DNA from: Chrysomallon squamiferum
Lineage: Eukaryota; Animalia; Mollusca
Direction of reading: 5' to 3'
Assembly: GCA_012295275.1 (NCBI GenBank)
Contig: CM022679.1
Span: 25,048,001 to 25,112,000 of the forward strand
Length of the DNA: 64,000 bases
Within the stretch, counting starts at the first letter, position 1, and every line of letters starts with the position of its first letter. The notes beneath the pieces are model-generated. The model made no database searches. It was not told the origin of the DNA and was given only the letters and a program-made list of their open reading frames with translations. Of the stretch, positions 41,836 through 56,184 are shown piece by piece. The translations under genes and the position numbers were made by a program.

Positions 41836-42160
41836 CAAGGAGTGGGTTGTAGAGTGAAATGACATGCTGCTAAAGTGGAAACTGATGGATTGTTGAATCA
41901 GTATTTTGACTGATTGCTCTTTAAATGGTTTCCAGTTCCAACAGTACTTCAAGAGTGGTGTACTAAATGTACTGGTATGCTTACTTTTCTATTTATAGAA
42001 TCAAGTTCATAAAAAGGGTCTCTTGCTGCCACTGGTAAAAGTAGCCTTGCTGTGGTTGCTTTAGACTCCATCTTTCAAATAATCATTTACAAAATTTTAT
42101 AATCATGAATATAAAAATTGTTACAGTATCAGTATCATAAAGCAATTATTCTTTCCGTCA
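41836..42160 (+). mobile_element. Decayed near full-length SINE
   Basis: ttccagttccaacagtacttcaagagtggtgtactaaatgtactggtatg...cataaaaagggtctcttgctgc resembles a common gastropod SINE core, recalled from memory. Confidence 0.5.
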
Positions 42161-42977
42161 TTCTTTCATTTTATTTATTCATTTTCCCATCCTTCCTTCC
42201 TTCATTTTTTCATTCAGTCCTGTCATTTATTATTTGTTTAATTTAATCAGAAAATTACACATACACACAGGTATCAAATGTTATAAAATCATTAAAAATA
42301 AACTACATAATAATGCAAAAACAAATTCCTTAGAAATAAAATAAAACTGACAAAACTGTTTTGCACAAGAATATATTAATCTTTTAGGTAAAATGTAACT
42401 CTGATATCTAAAAAAACAACATCTTAAATTTGTTTATAATTTAGTCATTTTTATACATATCTTACTAACATAAATATTTTTTTTCTATCTCAGATTTGTT
42501 TATAATTAGGTAATGTGATATCTGCAATCCATTCTTTTTTTTCTATTCAATGTGAATTTAATGACAGATTTTGAACCACGTAAAGAATATTATTAGATGA
42601 AAATCGCTTCTTAATCATTTCTATTATCCAGGCAGTAAGTGCTGCTATTTGCATAACACAAATGATTCCTGTACACAGAAACTTCAGAGCTGTAGCAAAT
42701 CAACTTTTTATAGTATTGACTGCCACAGAATCCAATCTGGTCCCCATCTGAAATAACACATTTTGAAAGATGTCCCAAAGAGAATAGACTGAAAATGTTT
42801 TGGTTGACTTCTAAATTTTTTTTTTAAGTAAAAAGAACATGTTTGAGTTAAGGAAGTATTAAGAAAAGCAGATGGATGGATTATAAGGTTATACAGATTT
42901 TTTTTAAAAAGACCAAAAACTTATACAATTTTGTATTATACATAGTTATTATACATGCGTATAACTGAATATTTAAT

Positions 42978-43049
<72 letters not shown>

Positions 43050-43609
43050 CAGTTATAATCTTATACTCCTTTAGCTGCTTCAAAGCTGAGATAAAAATAA
43101 TTTTTTGTTTTATTAATTTTTTTTATAATCATAAAAACAAATTTTAGTGTACTTTTCTATGTAAAAGAAGAAACATAACATGCTTTATTTTTATTTTTAT
43201 TTATTTTTTAACATTATTACCAAAATTGTCAGGAAGAAGGTCATAAAACATCTTTTATATTTTAAGTCTGAAAACAAAAAAAAAAAAATAAAAAAAAAAT
43301 CCAGCTGAAGTTTTTAACCAGATTGATTTTGTTTTGCATTACAGTGACAATAAAATATTGCAAACTATGGGAAAAAAACGTTAATAAAAAAAAATATAAT
43401 ATTGTTAAATCGCAGATCATGTTATAAATAGTTAACATCATCGATTGGCAATGCCTGTTAGAAAAATATAAATATTTTAAAAAATCAAATTTCCATTCAT
43501 ATCCCATATGAGCTATCATTATTTATCTCTAAAAGTGCAGTTGTTAAAAATTCCTAAATTGGATAAATTTGTATCATGTATCATAAATATATATTTTTAT
43601 TTTTTTTGA

Positions 43610-44060
43610 TTAGAGAATTGATTCATGAATTGCAATACATTATACATAATCACTGTCATACAGAAGCTGTAAAGACATTTTATCATGATTGCTATAATCA
43701 TTGTGATGTAGTTTTTTGTTTTTTTAAAATTAATTTATGATGTAATCTCATTCTCTTAACTGACATGGATGAACATAAAACAACTAAGCTGATTGTTCTT
43801 CAGATGCTTATGAAATTATAACATGCATATATTTGTTTAAATTAGAGAATTGATTCGTAAATTGCAATACATTTTACATAATCGTTACGGTACAGAAGTT
43901 GAGAAGAAATTTTATTATCACTAACAAGTCTGCTGTCGGCAAAACTTAATAAAGAGCTCTAATATTAACACTCAGTTGCCAAGCCTAGAAAACTGTTATT
44001 TTTTTTTTTTTAAGAATTCTCTTTACATTATGTAATCTAATTCTCTCTATTGGCAATCAA
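43610..44060. repeat. Tandem duplication (period ~232 bp), second copy interrupted
   Basis: ttagagaattgattc...ttgcaatacatt..acataatc...tacagaag at 43610 and 43842; tgtaatct.attctc at 43741 and 44031. Confidence 0.85.
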
Positions 44061-44964
44061 AAACAAACCAAATGATCATGTTGGGAATTTGCTCAAATAT
44101 GGTTTATAAATTATGTTTTAATAAAATGGCAAAAGACTGAAAGGAGAAAGAGGAGTTTCATTTTGATGTCAAATTATACACATATAAAATATGGAACCAA
44201 AAGAAAGGAACAATTTTCTTTTAATTTATTTTTTGTTCAGCAGCAGTATGAAAATCTCTGTACAGTTGATTGTGTGCTAAAATAATTTGCTTTTTGAGTT
44301 CATATTTCCATGAATGTCAAAAAGTATTAACTTTACTTTTGTTATGTGAAAAATTAAATAAAGAATTTTTTTTTTTCTAATTTTGAAAAACAAAATAAAA
44401 AATTTAATTATTATTTATTTTTTTTTGTTAAAATTATGTAATATACCATTATTTTTGGAAATGGTTGAATATTATCAAATAAAAGAATTTAGTAGAACAT
44501 CATTTTAGAGCTTTATAATTTAACAGAACATCATTGTGGATTTTTATAATTTAATAAAATGTCGTTGTGAAGCTTCAGAATTTAATAGACATATTTGTGG
44601 ATCTTTACAATTTAATAGGATGTGTTTGTGGATCTTTAGAATTTAATAGGATGTCTTTATGGATCTTTAGAATTTAATAGGATCTTTGTGGAACTTTACA
44701 ATTTAACAGGATGTGTTTGTGGATCTTTAGATTTTAATAGGATGTCTTTGTGGATCTTTAAAATTTAATAGGATATCTTTGTGAATCGTTAGAATTTAAC
44801 AGGATGTCTTTGTGGAGCTTTAGAATTTAATAGGATGTCATTTTAGAACTGTGGTAATGTAAAGAGAATTATTAAAAAATAACAGTTTTCCAGTCTTGGC
44901 AGCCGAGTGTTAATATTAAAGCTCTTTATTAAGTTTTGCCGCCACCAGATTTGTTAGTGATAAT
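43914..44964. repeat. Long inverted repeat: arms 43914-44030 and 44855-44964, 824-bp spacer
   Basis: Arms are reverse complements with about 9 substitutions plus a T-run length difference. Confidence 0.95.
44488..44850. repeat. ~31-bp minisatellite (aatttaataggatgtctttgtggatctttag)
   Basis: About 11-12 tandem units, more homogeneous toward the 3' end. Confidence 0.93.
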
Positions 44965-45562
44965 ATCTGATTTCGCTCTTCATATAACTCGTCGATTTTT
45001 CATAACAGTCAGTGGAGGTGACCTAAGTATGCAGTGAGGAAGAATAATGGGCCACATTTCAGGCCTTCCTTATTGATTAGAATCTTCTTTTGCTCAAAGA
45101 CCCACTCACTGTGAAATAGCTGACAATTATTTTTTTTGCTTCTACTAAAAGTCACCCTCTCTCAGAGAGTTCCTTTCATCTCTGGCGACCCTGTTGCATG
45201 CCAAGACTCTTTCAGCCTGCGACCCATCAGCGTATTTCACCGTGATTGTTCCTAAATCACGCTGCGACTTGATGGTATGTGCAGAGATACTGTCAGCTTG
45301 TTTCTTGTCTTCGTCATCTCCTGACAAACATACCTAAATCTCGTTCCGACTCCACCGTACAAATGGCTCATAAAGTTTGGATAATATCTTCATTTGAATC
45401 CCTGCTCCTCAATCGTTAATCATCTCCTCGCAATCGTTGACTCATTTTTGTCCTCTTCTCTGTTGTCAATAACGGCCGATGTTTGTCACTGAGGAAGGAT
45501 TCAGTCTGTTACAATTGTGTCCGTGTGATAGGATCAGAGAAACTCGGCTGTGATTAACTGTC

Positions 45563-45614
<52 letters not shown>

Positions 45615-45649
45615 GAACAGACAGCATGAATAGCTCAATCTTCCAGTCT

Positions 45650-46260
45650 TTGCTGGACTTTGCATTGGTCATACAGTGAAACTTGTTCAGTTAGAGATAC
45701 AAATCTCTCCATCTTTACTCGACATTGTGCTGAAATGCTAATTTAGGAAAATTGTATAAAACTTCAAATAGATTTATACATTTCACTTTCAATCTTTGTC
45801 AGGCATTATATTGGCCATATGTTATAAAACTTCTTCAGATAGACATATATGTGTCAATACTTCTTGGAAATTATACTGAATTGCTAATTTTGTAAATTTT
45901 CAAATCATCTCAAAACAGACTAATTTATAATTTATAATTTCTTTTTCAGTCTTTGCTGGATATGACATTCTGTAAAATTCTGTAAAATTCTGCAAGTAGA
46001 CTTACACATTTTGTTTCATACTTTGCTAGGCATTTCATTTCTCATTTTAAAAGTACTGCAATATTTCTTTAATATATTTAAACATTTCTCTTTCAGTCTG
46101 CAATGAGTTATACCCCATCTCCTTTCAGTTTTTGCACTGGTAATTTTGTAAATACTGTAACACATCATCAAACAGACTTGTACATCTCTTTCTCTCTCAC
46201 TTAAATATCATAAAAATGCCTATTTCATCTCTCTTTATGTCTTTGTCAGACATTGTATTG
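45650..46260. repeat. Degenerate ~85-100-bp tandem repeat
   Basis: Recurrent cagtctttgctggacatt...tgctaattttgtaaa...aaacagactt...acattt. Confidence 0.6.
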
Positions 46261-47514
46261 TGCTGTGCCTTGTGAAAGTAGTTGAAAAGTCTCTATTATA
46301 TATGTCTTCATTATCATATGCTGTAGACACTCTGGAGTGGTCTGTGGTTTTGGTTGATTGCTAACCTGAAGAATAATTGACTGCCAGATCAGTTATTCAT
46401 GATGCTGGCTTTGAGTTATTACCAATTCCAAACAGTACCTCTTGGCTGTTTACAAAGAGTGCAGTGTGTTTGTTATATTTGATTATATCACAAATGAGGA
46501 ATTGTTAAATTTTTTTTTTTTTTCTTAATTTATTCTAGACATTAAATATATGATATTCTCAGAGAAAATTCAACACCCATAAATTTCTGAGCATTTTTCC
46601 ATTGTTGTTCCATTTTTCCATTATGGTGGTCTAAAACCATATCATAAAATATATATGTATATATTAAAAAAAATAAAAAAAGAATTTGGATCATATGATG
46701 TAACATATTCTATCACTGGCTGAAGTATCAAACTCATATTAATCACTTTTTATTGTAGCCATTGTTGGTATTACTTTTATTTGTGTCTGTGTGTGTATGT
46801 ACACACATAAACACACACAAACACACACAGACACACACAGACACATACACTTTAATAATTTTAACATATGTTATCTCAGCCTTTGTTCTGTGATTGTAAC
46901 CTGTTTGTAACCTGTTCAGTTAATCTATCAGAGATATTATAATGTTATCTAGTCTGTTGTCAGAATGCATGTATAAACTAAATTCACTGGTTTGATAACC
47001 TGCAGATATAGGTAAAATAATAATTACTGTCCATTTTATTTTGATTATCAGTAAAAAAATCTTTGATTATCAATTAAAAAAAAAAAAAATCAATAACATT
47101 GATAACTTCACATTGATGTAATCTGTAATATTTAAAATATTAGTACAAAATCTGTGATACCTCATCATCATAACCACAAACAAGTATAATTCTGAATACT
47201 TGTTAAAGGACTATTTATATTTTTATTAATAAAATACTTTTAAAATTGATCTAACACTAACACTCCGTTGATGTATATAACGGATATATGTGATATAATA
47301 AAACAAATTCCTTTCTGATATTAGTTATGTGGTTTGAACATGATAACTATTGATCTGCACCAATTGTACTCAAGATTATTAAAAAAAAAAAAAAAAAAAA
47401 AAAAATAAATAAAAGAAAAAGAAATCAGAAATTGACAAATGATGCACCTCCCAATCTCAGCTATCATACAGACAGAGAAAATAAAATGAAGGAATCACTC
47501 ATTTTGATAGACTC

Positions 47515-47930
47515 AAACTTTGCAAGGAAGCGATCAGACGTCGCTGTTTCATGAAGTATGTGGCCAGATGACAAAGTCAGCGAAGTCAACGAAGCACATT
47601 GAAGCAGTCTTGAAGCTGTCTTTGTTACCGCTTAGAACAGAGCAATTTCAATATGGTTGTCTTGTTCGGCTTGTGTGGAGAGAAATGGCCACTTTTCTCT
47701 CGGTCGTTACTGGAAGAGTTTGCTCTCCCTGTTTGCTGTAATCTTCGCTGCTGGCTGCTTTATGGTTGTTCTGTTGGTTTAGAGGCTTTCTAATGAGATT
47801 ATTTCACTGTTAGTAAACAAAGATTTGCAAGTGGGAGAAGAAGAGTGTAATACAGACTGATGATTGGTACAAATAGAGTGAACGCCAAGTTCTGATTAAA
47901 ACGAAAAAAGAAAAATGTGTTTTTCCGGTT
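47515..47930 (+). promoter_or_regulatory. CpG-retaining island, candidate alternative promoter / first exon
   Basis: Complex, CpG-containing block ending in aaaATGTGTTTTTCCG|gtttgt, a possible short coding start plus donor. Confidence 0.3.
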
Positions 47931-48419
47931 TGTTTAAAGTCACCGTTTTTTCTTACAGAAAGTTTATTGTATGTGATTTGATGTACTGTGTTTTTGAAGA
48001 TTTTTTAAAGTATCAGTTTCTGTGCATTCAAAAGTTCTTTATCATTCTTTAAATATATTTTGTGAGACATTTTCAATAAATGTGGTGTTGAGATTTCACT
48101 GAATATGTGAATAAATGCAGATGCTGTGATTTTTATTGAATAAATGCATTTACATTGCTATTAATATAGATAATATTCAATCATTTCATTTAATAATTTA
48201 CCACAAGTAAGTGAAACTTCTAGTTTCAGTAATCATTATCTTCATAAGAACATCATGTACTCATCATGATCAATATAATTGTTACAATATTCTTTATTAT
48301 CTTGTTCTCACTGTTGTTAAATGATTTAAGCAGCTGTTACTCTTTTTAAAGGTTTTATCAGATTATACTAAGACAGCTGTATAAACATATTAATGGTGAT
48401 AGCACTGGCAAAACAAATG

Positions 48420-48845
48420 GTAATAGACTAGCAGTAGTAGTAGCAGTTGTAATAGTAGTAACAGGCCTAGTAGTAATAGTAGTAGTGGTGGTAGCAGTAA
48501 TAGTTGTCTTAGTAGTAGTAGCTGTAATAATAGTAATAGCCTAGTAGCAGTAGTAGTAGTATAGTAGTAATAGTAGTACAGTAGTAGTAGTAGTAGTAGT
48601 AGTAATAGTAGTACAGTAGGAGTAGTAGTTGTTGTAATTGTAGTAGTAGCAGCAGTGGTAATAGTATTGACAGTAATGGTAACCACTGGGATTAGTAATA
48701 TTAGTAATAGGATAGTAGCAGCAGGTGTAGCACACCATTAGTAGCAGAAGTGTTACCGGTTCAGTAGTGTAATAGAGTAGTAGTGATATCAGGAATAGTG
48801 ATAGAAATAATAGCTGTAGTGATAGTAGGGACAGTAGTACAAATG
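48420..48845. repeat. Degenerate (TAG)n repeat
   Basis: Directly visible. Confidence 0.9.
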
Positions 48846-50564
48846 GTAGAAATACAGACCGAAGAATAAAATATTCTTGAATTGAATTTACATTTATATC
48901 AAAAAAACAAAAAACATTTTATTTTATTTACTTTATTTTTGTTTATTTGTTTGTTAGTTTTATTATTATTATTATTATTATTTTTTATTATATATATTAT
49001 TTCTTTATGTATTTATTTTGATTTAATGTTTATGTTGTTGTAACTGAGGCTAATCAGAATTTCTGGTTTCCAGGCAGGTAGCAGCCATTTTCTTCATTAT
49101 CAACAATATTTATAAAAAAAAATAAAGATAATCATCACTATTTATAAAACAAAATGATTTTTTTAAACTAATTATTTCATTTGTTTATCTATTCAATCGC
49201 AGTCACTAAACATCTTGTTTCATGTCTGGGCGAAATCAGGCAACATTTTCAACTAATAAATTTGTGGTTTAGCTGACAACTTCAGGGTACATCTCAATTA
49301 GTGTTTCAACATTTAGAGTCTTTTAAAAACCGACGTCTGATTGAAATGGGGCATTTTTCTGCTTCTTGAGTCAATTTTGTCAATTTAGTTTCCGATAATC
49401 AATAGGTTAAAAACAGTGTCCTTCATTTGTGCTGAAACTACACATATTTATTTGGGCATGTTTTTTTTTAGTATTTTTATTTTGGAAAAATAAAATTCAG
49501 TGTTGTTGTTAGGGAATTTTTTTTTTTTGTACAGTAATTGTCTGTTTCTATTGATTTGTACTTACTGCAAAGCACAGTTAAGTTATAAAAGAGGTTTTTA
49601 TGACCAGAAAGACATAATGAAAGTGGAATCTAATCCTAATTATGATTACTTTGTGAAATAATTGAGCTGAGTATAAATAGATTACTTTTGTTAAAGTACA
49701 AAGTAATAAAATTCATTTGTTTATATGTACGTGTAATATATAAATACATGCAAGCATGTGGATGCATGAAAATATATGTACACACACACACACACACACA
49801 CACACAGAATATTATCTCTTTTATCTCTATCCCTGTTACTTACCAGTGTAGGATTTGACATTTTTAGAAACATTGCTAAAAATACTCTCTGAATGAGAGC
49901 ATTTGTAAAACCATTATTAATTTAAAACATTTTCCCATTATTTTAAGTTGAAACAACATAATACACATCCAAACACTTGTGTCTCTGTGTGTCTGGATTC
50001 CTGAAAAGAAAATTAAATAATAATAATAATCAACAGTTAACACAATATCATTTCTTCAGTTTGCTCTGTTTCACTTACAAGTGGCAACAATAACTCTTCT
50101 GTCTTCAGGACATTAATTAACTGTATTATTTACTTCATAAGAGGTTTCCAATAAGTTATCATATTAACCCCGTTTTCATACACGACCTGAAATAGAATTC
50201 ACGGACAACACAATGTTGATGATGTTAATTTCTCTCACTTTCATCAAAATTCAGATAATAATTATTTCTCTGCCTGAAAAGATTCCTATTCCTTGGATGA
50301 AGATCCAGGCAGATACAGCTTAATGTGGTGATGAAAATAACGTAGCAGTGAATCGTAAATGTAATGACTGTATCCAATGCTTCAGTGGTCATTCTGATGG
50401 GGGGCTGTTTGTTGCTGATTGCTGTTAATGGACACTGGGTCAGTTATAGTAATGACCTGAAGATGACCAGCTTGTACACAGAACAGCAGCGTGGGTTTTA
50501 TTATCTTAAACCAACTACTGAGCCATAGATGTCTTCCTGTGAGTTCAGATCAGAAATTTCTCAG

Positions 50565-51070
50565 ATCAAATCACATAATATCCAAGAAATATCAACATAG
50601 AATCAAGATGGTTTAATTGTAACAGTCATCATGTGTGATATTATAGCTAAAACTCTGAAATTAGCAACATATAGTCTGATGTAACCATATATTAGCCAGG
50701 TTCCTATGACATCCAAAGTATATGTGGAAGAGGAATATTTTTTATTATATTGGTCCATTAAGGTGCTATAGTTGTGTCTTTAGAGTTGAGTGCAGAAGGT
50801 TCATGGATCAAATCAATAGCCAGCAGATATAAACATAGGTTTGAGATTGTTTAATTATAATCATCCTGTAATGAATTATAGTTAAGACTCTGAAGTTAAC
50901 AATATAGTCCGATGAACTCATGTAATAAATATAATTATGTAGTGAACAGCAATGCTTGTATTAACTTGGTCCACTGTAGTGCTATTGTTATGTCTTTGAA
51001 ACAGGTTTCAAATAAAAATATAACCAAGATAGATTTAAGATGTTTTCATTATATATCAGATCACATAATA
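50565..51070. repeat. Old tandem duplication (period ~235 bp)
   Basis: gtttaatt.taa..tcatc...ttatag.taa.actctgaa.tta.caa...tatagtc.gatg...ttggtcca...gtgctat occurs twice. Confidence 0.75.
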
Positions 51071-52332
51071 AACCTTTAGAACAGCTTGTGTGACAGCTTG
51101 TACATGCAGACCAAAGTTTTGTCATAAATAGATACAGACATAAATATACATAGACAGACAACAGACATACAGAAATAGATACAAAGCTATATACAAAAAT
51201 AGTAATATATAGATAGAGAGATATATAGATAGATAGATAGATAGATACATAGACAGACAGACAGATTAACAGATAAATAGTGAACCAAATATGTAAATAT
51301 AAAATTGTTTTTTTTTTTCTTTTTATAAATCTGAAACTTACTTGACTTAAATCACACTATGTTATTATTTGTAACTGTCAATGTACCAGATCTTACAACT
51401 AGAATAAAACTAATAATTTAGCAGTCTGTTTTGTGCTCTGCTGGCCCAGATGTTGTCACTGGTTGGTATTAGATCAAATTTTGTTAAGAATAGCTGTGGT
51501 GTGTACTGAGATAATGAGGTAAGATGGTGGAAGGTCACTAATCTGATCATTCTTGTATCTAACTCGATAATCTTGATCCACTGCAGTACTAGTTTTTGGA
51601 TTATTGAGATGATCTCATATTGTTCTGTTTAATATAAAAGAGTTAAAACCTATCTTTACTTCACTTCATGAAGTCATTTTTGTTTCATTAACTATCCATT
51701 TTATTCTGTAATGTATGGTATGATGAATAAATTGTGTTAGTAAACAGAACTAGACTGTGAAGTATTGCTGTGATTTCATTCTGTCCTACTGAATTTGATT
51801 TGTTTGCACTCAGTTCATAAAAGTCATTGTCAAATGATGTTTTGATGCTTCATGGAAAATTTATATATATTTTTTTTTTTAAATATTCTGTTGATGGTGT
51901 AAAAGTCATAATGTTTATATTTTTATATTTGTAAGAGCAGGTTAAGAACATATAATTATTAAATAAAAGTTCTGTTATTTTAATTTTTATATTATTTTTT
52001 TAAATCACTTTCTTGTGGGTTAACCAATGATAATTTAGAAAATACATTTACAGTCAGGTTTGTGAATACAGTTTTATAAATTAAAAAAATATAATACTTA
52101 AATAATAATTTTATTTCATTTAAAAAAAAGAGTTAATAATTGTATTGGTATGTAGATCTAGTTTAGAAAATTGGGATTCTTGGATTCTGCACCAGTCTTG
52201 CCTGGAGAGAAAGTAAATACCCATTTGTTAACCAAATTTATATAGAAAACACAAACAAACACAAACACACACACAGACAGACAGATATACATTCAGAGAG
52301 CAACACATACACACACATACACAAACCCAGAC

Positions 52333-52389
<57 letters not shown>

Positions 52390-55300
52390 CAGAAATTAAA
52401 AAAATAAATAAATAAATAAAACAAATTAAAAATTTGAAAATAAAAAAATTAAGATTAAAACAAAAGAACAAAGAAAGAAAAGCATTAAAAAAAGAAAAAT
52501 CAGCAAGATTCATAAAAAAAAAATGTCTAAAATTTATTGCCGAAGCAATTTAAGAACTGTCCGAAGATTACCAGACAGCAGACCGTGTATCAAATATTGA
52601 CGACAAACGTGTACGCAAAAATGGAAATAATTCACATTTCACAATCAAACAAAATGTATTGAGCTGATCATTGAAACTGACTTGTAATTGGAAACTTTGA
52701 TTTGCAGTCAGGGAATCACTGCTTGCACCGTATTGAAGACTCTGCAGTTCATTCCCAGCCAGATCTCTGAGACCAGTGGTTATGTGGGACTTGCCTTTGT
52801 GTACGGAAGTCAGTGTTTGCTGGGATGCCAAAAAAAAAAAAAAAAAAAAAAATCTCAGAGAAAATATAATTATTTAATCATCAGCTATTAGATTTTTTGT
52901 GCATGCACACACAGAAATAGGACTGATTTAGAGAAAAATGAAGCAAAGTGAGAATAAATATTGAAGGAAAATAGCAAGAGTGAGAGATTGAATGAGGGAA
53001 AACTTACATAAATTCATACAGTTGTGTTTTTCTGTGTTTGTGTCTGAAACAAAATATAGTTATTTAATCATCAGTTTTTTGATTTTCTGCATGAATATCT
53101 TGTTGAAAAGTGGAATAGGAGTGATTCAGAGAAAGAAGAAAACCTGAAAGGAAACGAGTGAGATACTGAATATGTAGCAAATATCTTCCATTTAGCTTTA
53201 TGATAAGGTTTTTGAAATATTTTTCCAAAGGTTATACAAACTTGATAGTTTCTTTTAGGAACACCTTACAAAAGAGGATATTATATTTACTGCATAATAT
53301 CAATAAAGTTTAACAACATCTTATTTTAGGAGACTACCTCTGAAAGCTTGAAAACAATTACCCAGTTTTATGTAATTGCATATTTATGTCAGCAAAAACC
53401 AATACGTTCAACTCATCAGTATTGATCCCACGATCTACGACATTTCATACAGAATTGAACGCTATTGACCCAAATTTCATTCACTATTCACTAAAAGATT
53501 CATCAAACTGCAAGTGTTGTCATTTTGAGGTCACCTTTTCAGCTTCTGTTAATCCAAGACTAAGCTCTGCCTTGCAGGCATGGTGACCTTAAACATGAAA
53601 TCCAGTCAAGATATTCATAACTTGCAGCCTATCTGAGGATATGTACAGGTCATTTGGGCATCCATGATGAAAACCAGAAATGAGAATATTTGAAATACTG
53701 CAGCTATTTGTTACTATAGTCAGTTTCTTTCCCACTTTTAATCAACATGTGACAGTTTATCTTGAAAATATTTTCTGCTATTATTAAGGCAGTTACTGAT
53801 AATAATGCACTGGTATTAATGGTGAGATAAATTACAGGTTCAGTCTTCCTGCTGCACCCTCTGGGTTTTTTCCCATTCCAGCACAGGCCCATAACTGTTA
53901 TAACCAGTGACCATGATGTATGTTGGCTTTTAGATAAAGAAGATAAATGATCTTTTGCTGTTAATTAAAATTAATATATGGTGGAGAAATGGGAATATGC
54001 TTTTTCTCTCTCGTACATCATCATATAAAAAATATAAACTATAAATGTTCCACACAAAATACTTGTTTTCTCTTCATAGCCATTAATTTTACAAGTTCTG
54101 AAATGTTCATTTATTGGTTTCAACAAAAGTTTCTAGCACTTTTCAGTAGGTGAGATCAGAGTACATGATTTCATTTCACATGGGACTGAAGTATATAAAA
54201 TATTGTCTTTGAATCTAACTTAGAATGCTGTGCACTTTTGTTTCAACTCAGTACAAAACACATCAGTGATAATTCTGCAGTTCATCTTGAGAAGTAAGTA
54301 TTATCCTGATCTGTCAATAGTAATGCAATTATTTCTGCTATACAGCTGATAAAATTAATAGCTACAGTTTTATCTTTATTCTGGAAACAGTACTTTCTTA
54401 TCTTGGAGATACTGAAATGACACTGGTAACTTTTTTCAATTAAAAACAAAGTACATACTGATTTATAAAAACACAGATGGCTGTTTCAATGTTGCGGTTA
54501 AATTATTTAGTTTCAGTTGTTTGCATGTAAAGTTTATGCCATAGGTATTATAAAGAACATAAAATGGTAATCCTTGAAATGTGAAACATTCATTTGTAAT
54601 TATATTTTTAATTAAATATGGATGAATTTTAAAAATATTACAGTTAAATATCTTAATAACATAAAGTAATAATCAAGTGACTTCTTTCACTAGCAGACTG
54701 TTTAAATTAAAAGTTTCTGGTCCATGCTTTTGTGTATGGTCTTCCCTGTCTTTTTCTCACTTCTTGTCTTTACTACTGTTTAAGTTATCCTCACATACAA
54801 ACTGGATCTGTTTGTGTCTAGAAATGCCTGTTCCGGTTTTTATTTCCAGATACTTACAAAGTGACAATTCTTTTTATTTTTTTCACTTGAGCAGAAAGAG
54901 CCATGGAAAGTCATTGAATTTGTTTATCGATTCCTGGAGCATTTTATAACCCAAAATGAAACCCAAATTCCCACCACACTGTCCTGCTTCAGTGTTTTAA
55001 TTGCTCACTTCATTGGCTCGCTTGTACACCATGATGTTACTTGAGTATCGGTTTATGATACATGCTTCCTTATCGAATGTGCAGACTTGGCAAGAATTTT
55101 CTGCCTTGACTTATGGAGATTTAATAATATTACCTCAGATAGAAGCAGTTATATTATCACCAGAGCAACAAATCTAGATATTAAGTGTTGTTTTCATCTC
55201 TGGACAGCTCTCTGCCCTAACCAGAGGAGGTCACTTGTGGGGATAGGTCAGTTTTTATTTCCACTGCAGTTTGTCCATTGATATGAAAGTGTTCAAGAAA

Positions 55301-56121
55301 GATACAAATAGGGGAACTGTTTAGATAAGACTGAAGTACAATGGTAATAGTTTCTGACACAAACTTGGACTTGTGTTGTGGAGTTGACACACTGATCCAT
55401 TTTTGTAAGCAGAAAGGATATCACGAGGGACTGGGCATGGAGTCTCTCAAACCCAGTGTCTGAGGATAAATAACTTCAGAAGAAAAAAGAAATTGTTCAT
55501 TAGTCCAGTGATATTTGTGTCTGATATGCATGTGTATTCGGTTAACTGACAGATATCTGAACTCAAAGACAAGTACAGCACACACTGAATTAGGTTAGAG
55601 ATACAGAAGTTAATTTGGGTAATACAGTTGGAATATTTATAATGTCCAGTGCATTTTATGATGGGTCATTTGTATGTTTAAGTTTCATAAATTTATCACA
55701 GATCTTCAAGTTTAGTTTGGCTGTACCCATGGACAAATAAACATAACTTACTTAAAAAAAAGTGAAAAAAGAAGTATATATATATCTATCTATCTGTCTG
55801 TCTGTCTGTCTGTCCATCTTCTGTAAGTCTGTCTGTCTGTCTGTATGTATGTATATATGTACGTATAAATAATGAAGCAGATTATTTTCTCATCCTTTCC
55901 CTTCTGACCTTTACTCATCTGTTCTATGATTATCTGTCTATATGTATATTTTAGTTGCCTTATCTGATCTCAGATATCTTTATTTCTGTCTTTGTCTGTT
56001 CATCTTTCCCTGTCTGTCTGTTTATATATTTCTGAAACTCTCTGTGTCAACCTCACCCTAGAATCTCTTTATTTGTTTGTCTGTCTCTCTATCTTACAGC
56101 AGACAGACAGACAGACAGACA

Positions 56122-56184
<63 letters not shown>

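Noticed and set aside
44488-44850. CRISPR-like ~31-bp periodicity (also 57683-58110)
   Set aside because: Head-to-tail repeats with no unique spacers, in a eukaryotic context; these are minisatellites.
53520-53598. Minus-strand type III hammerhead reading of the three-way junction
   Set aside because: GAAA is present but the CUGANGA box is missing.
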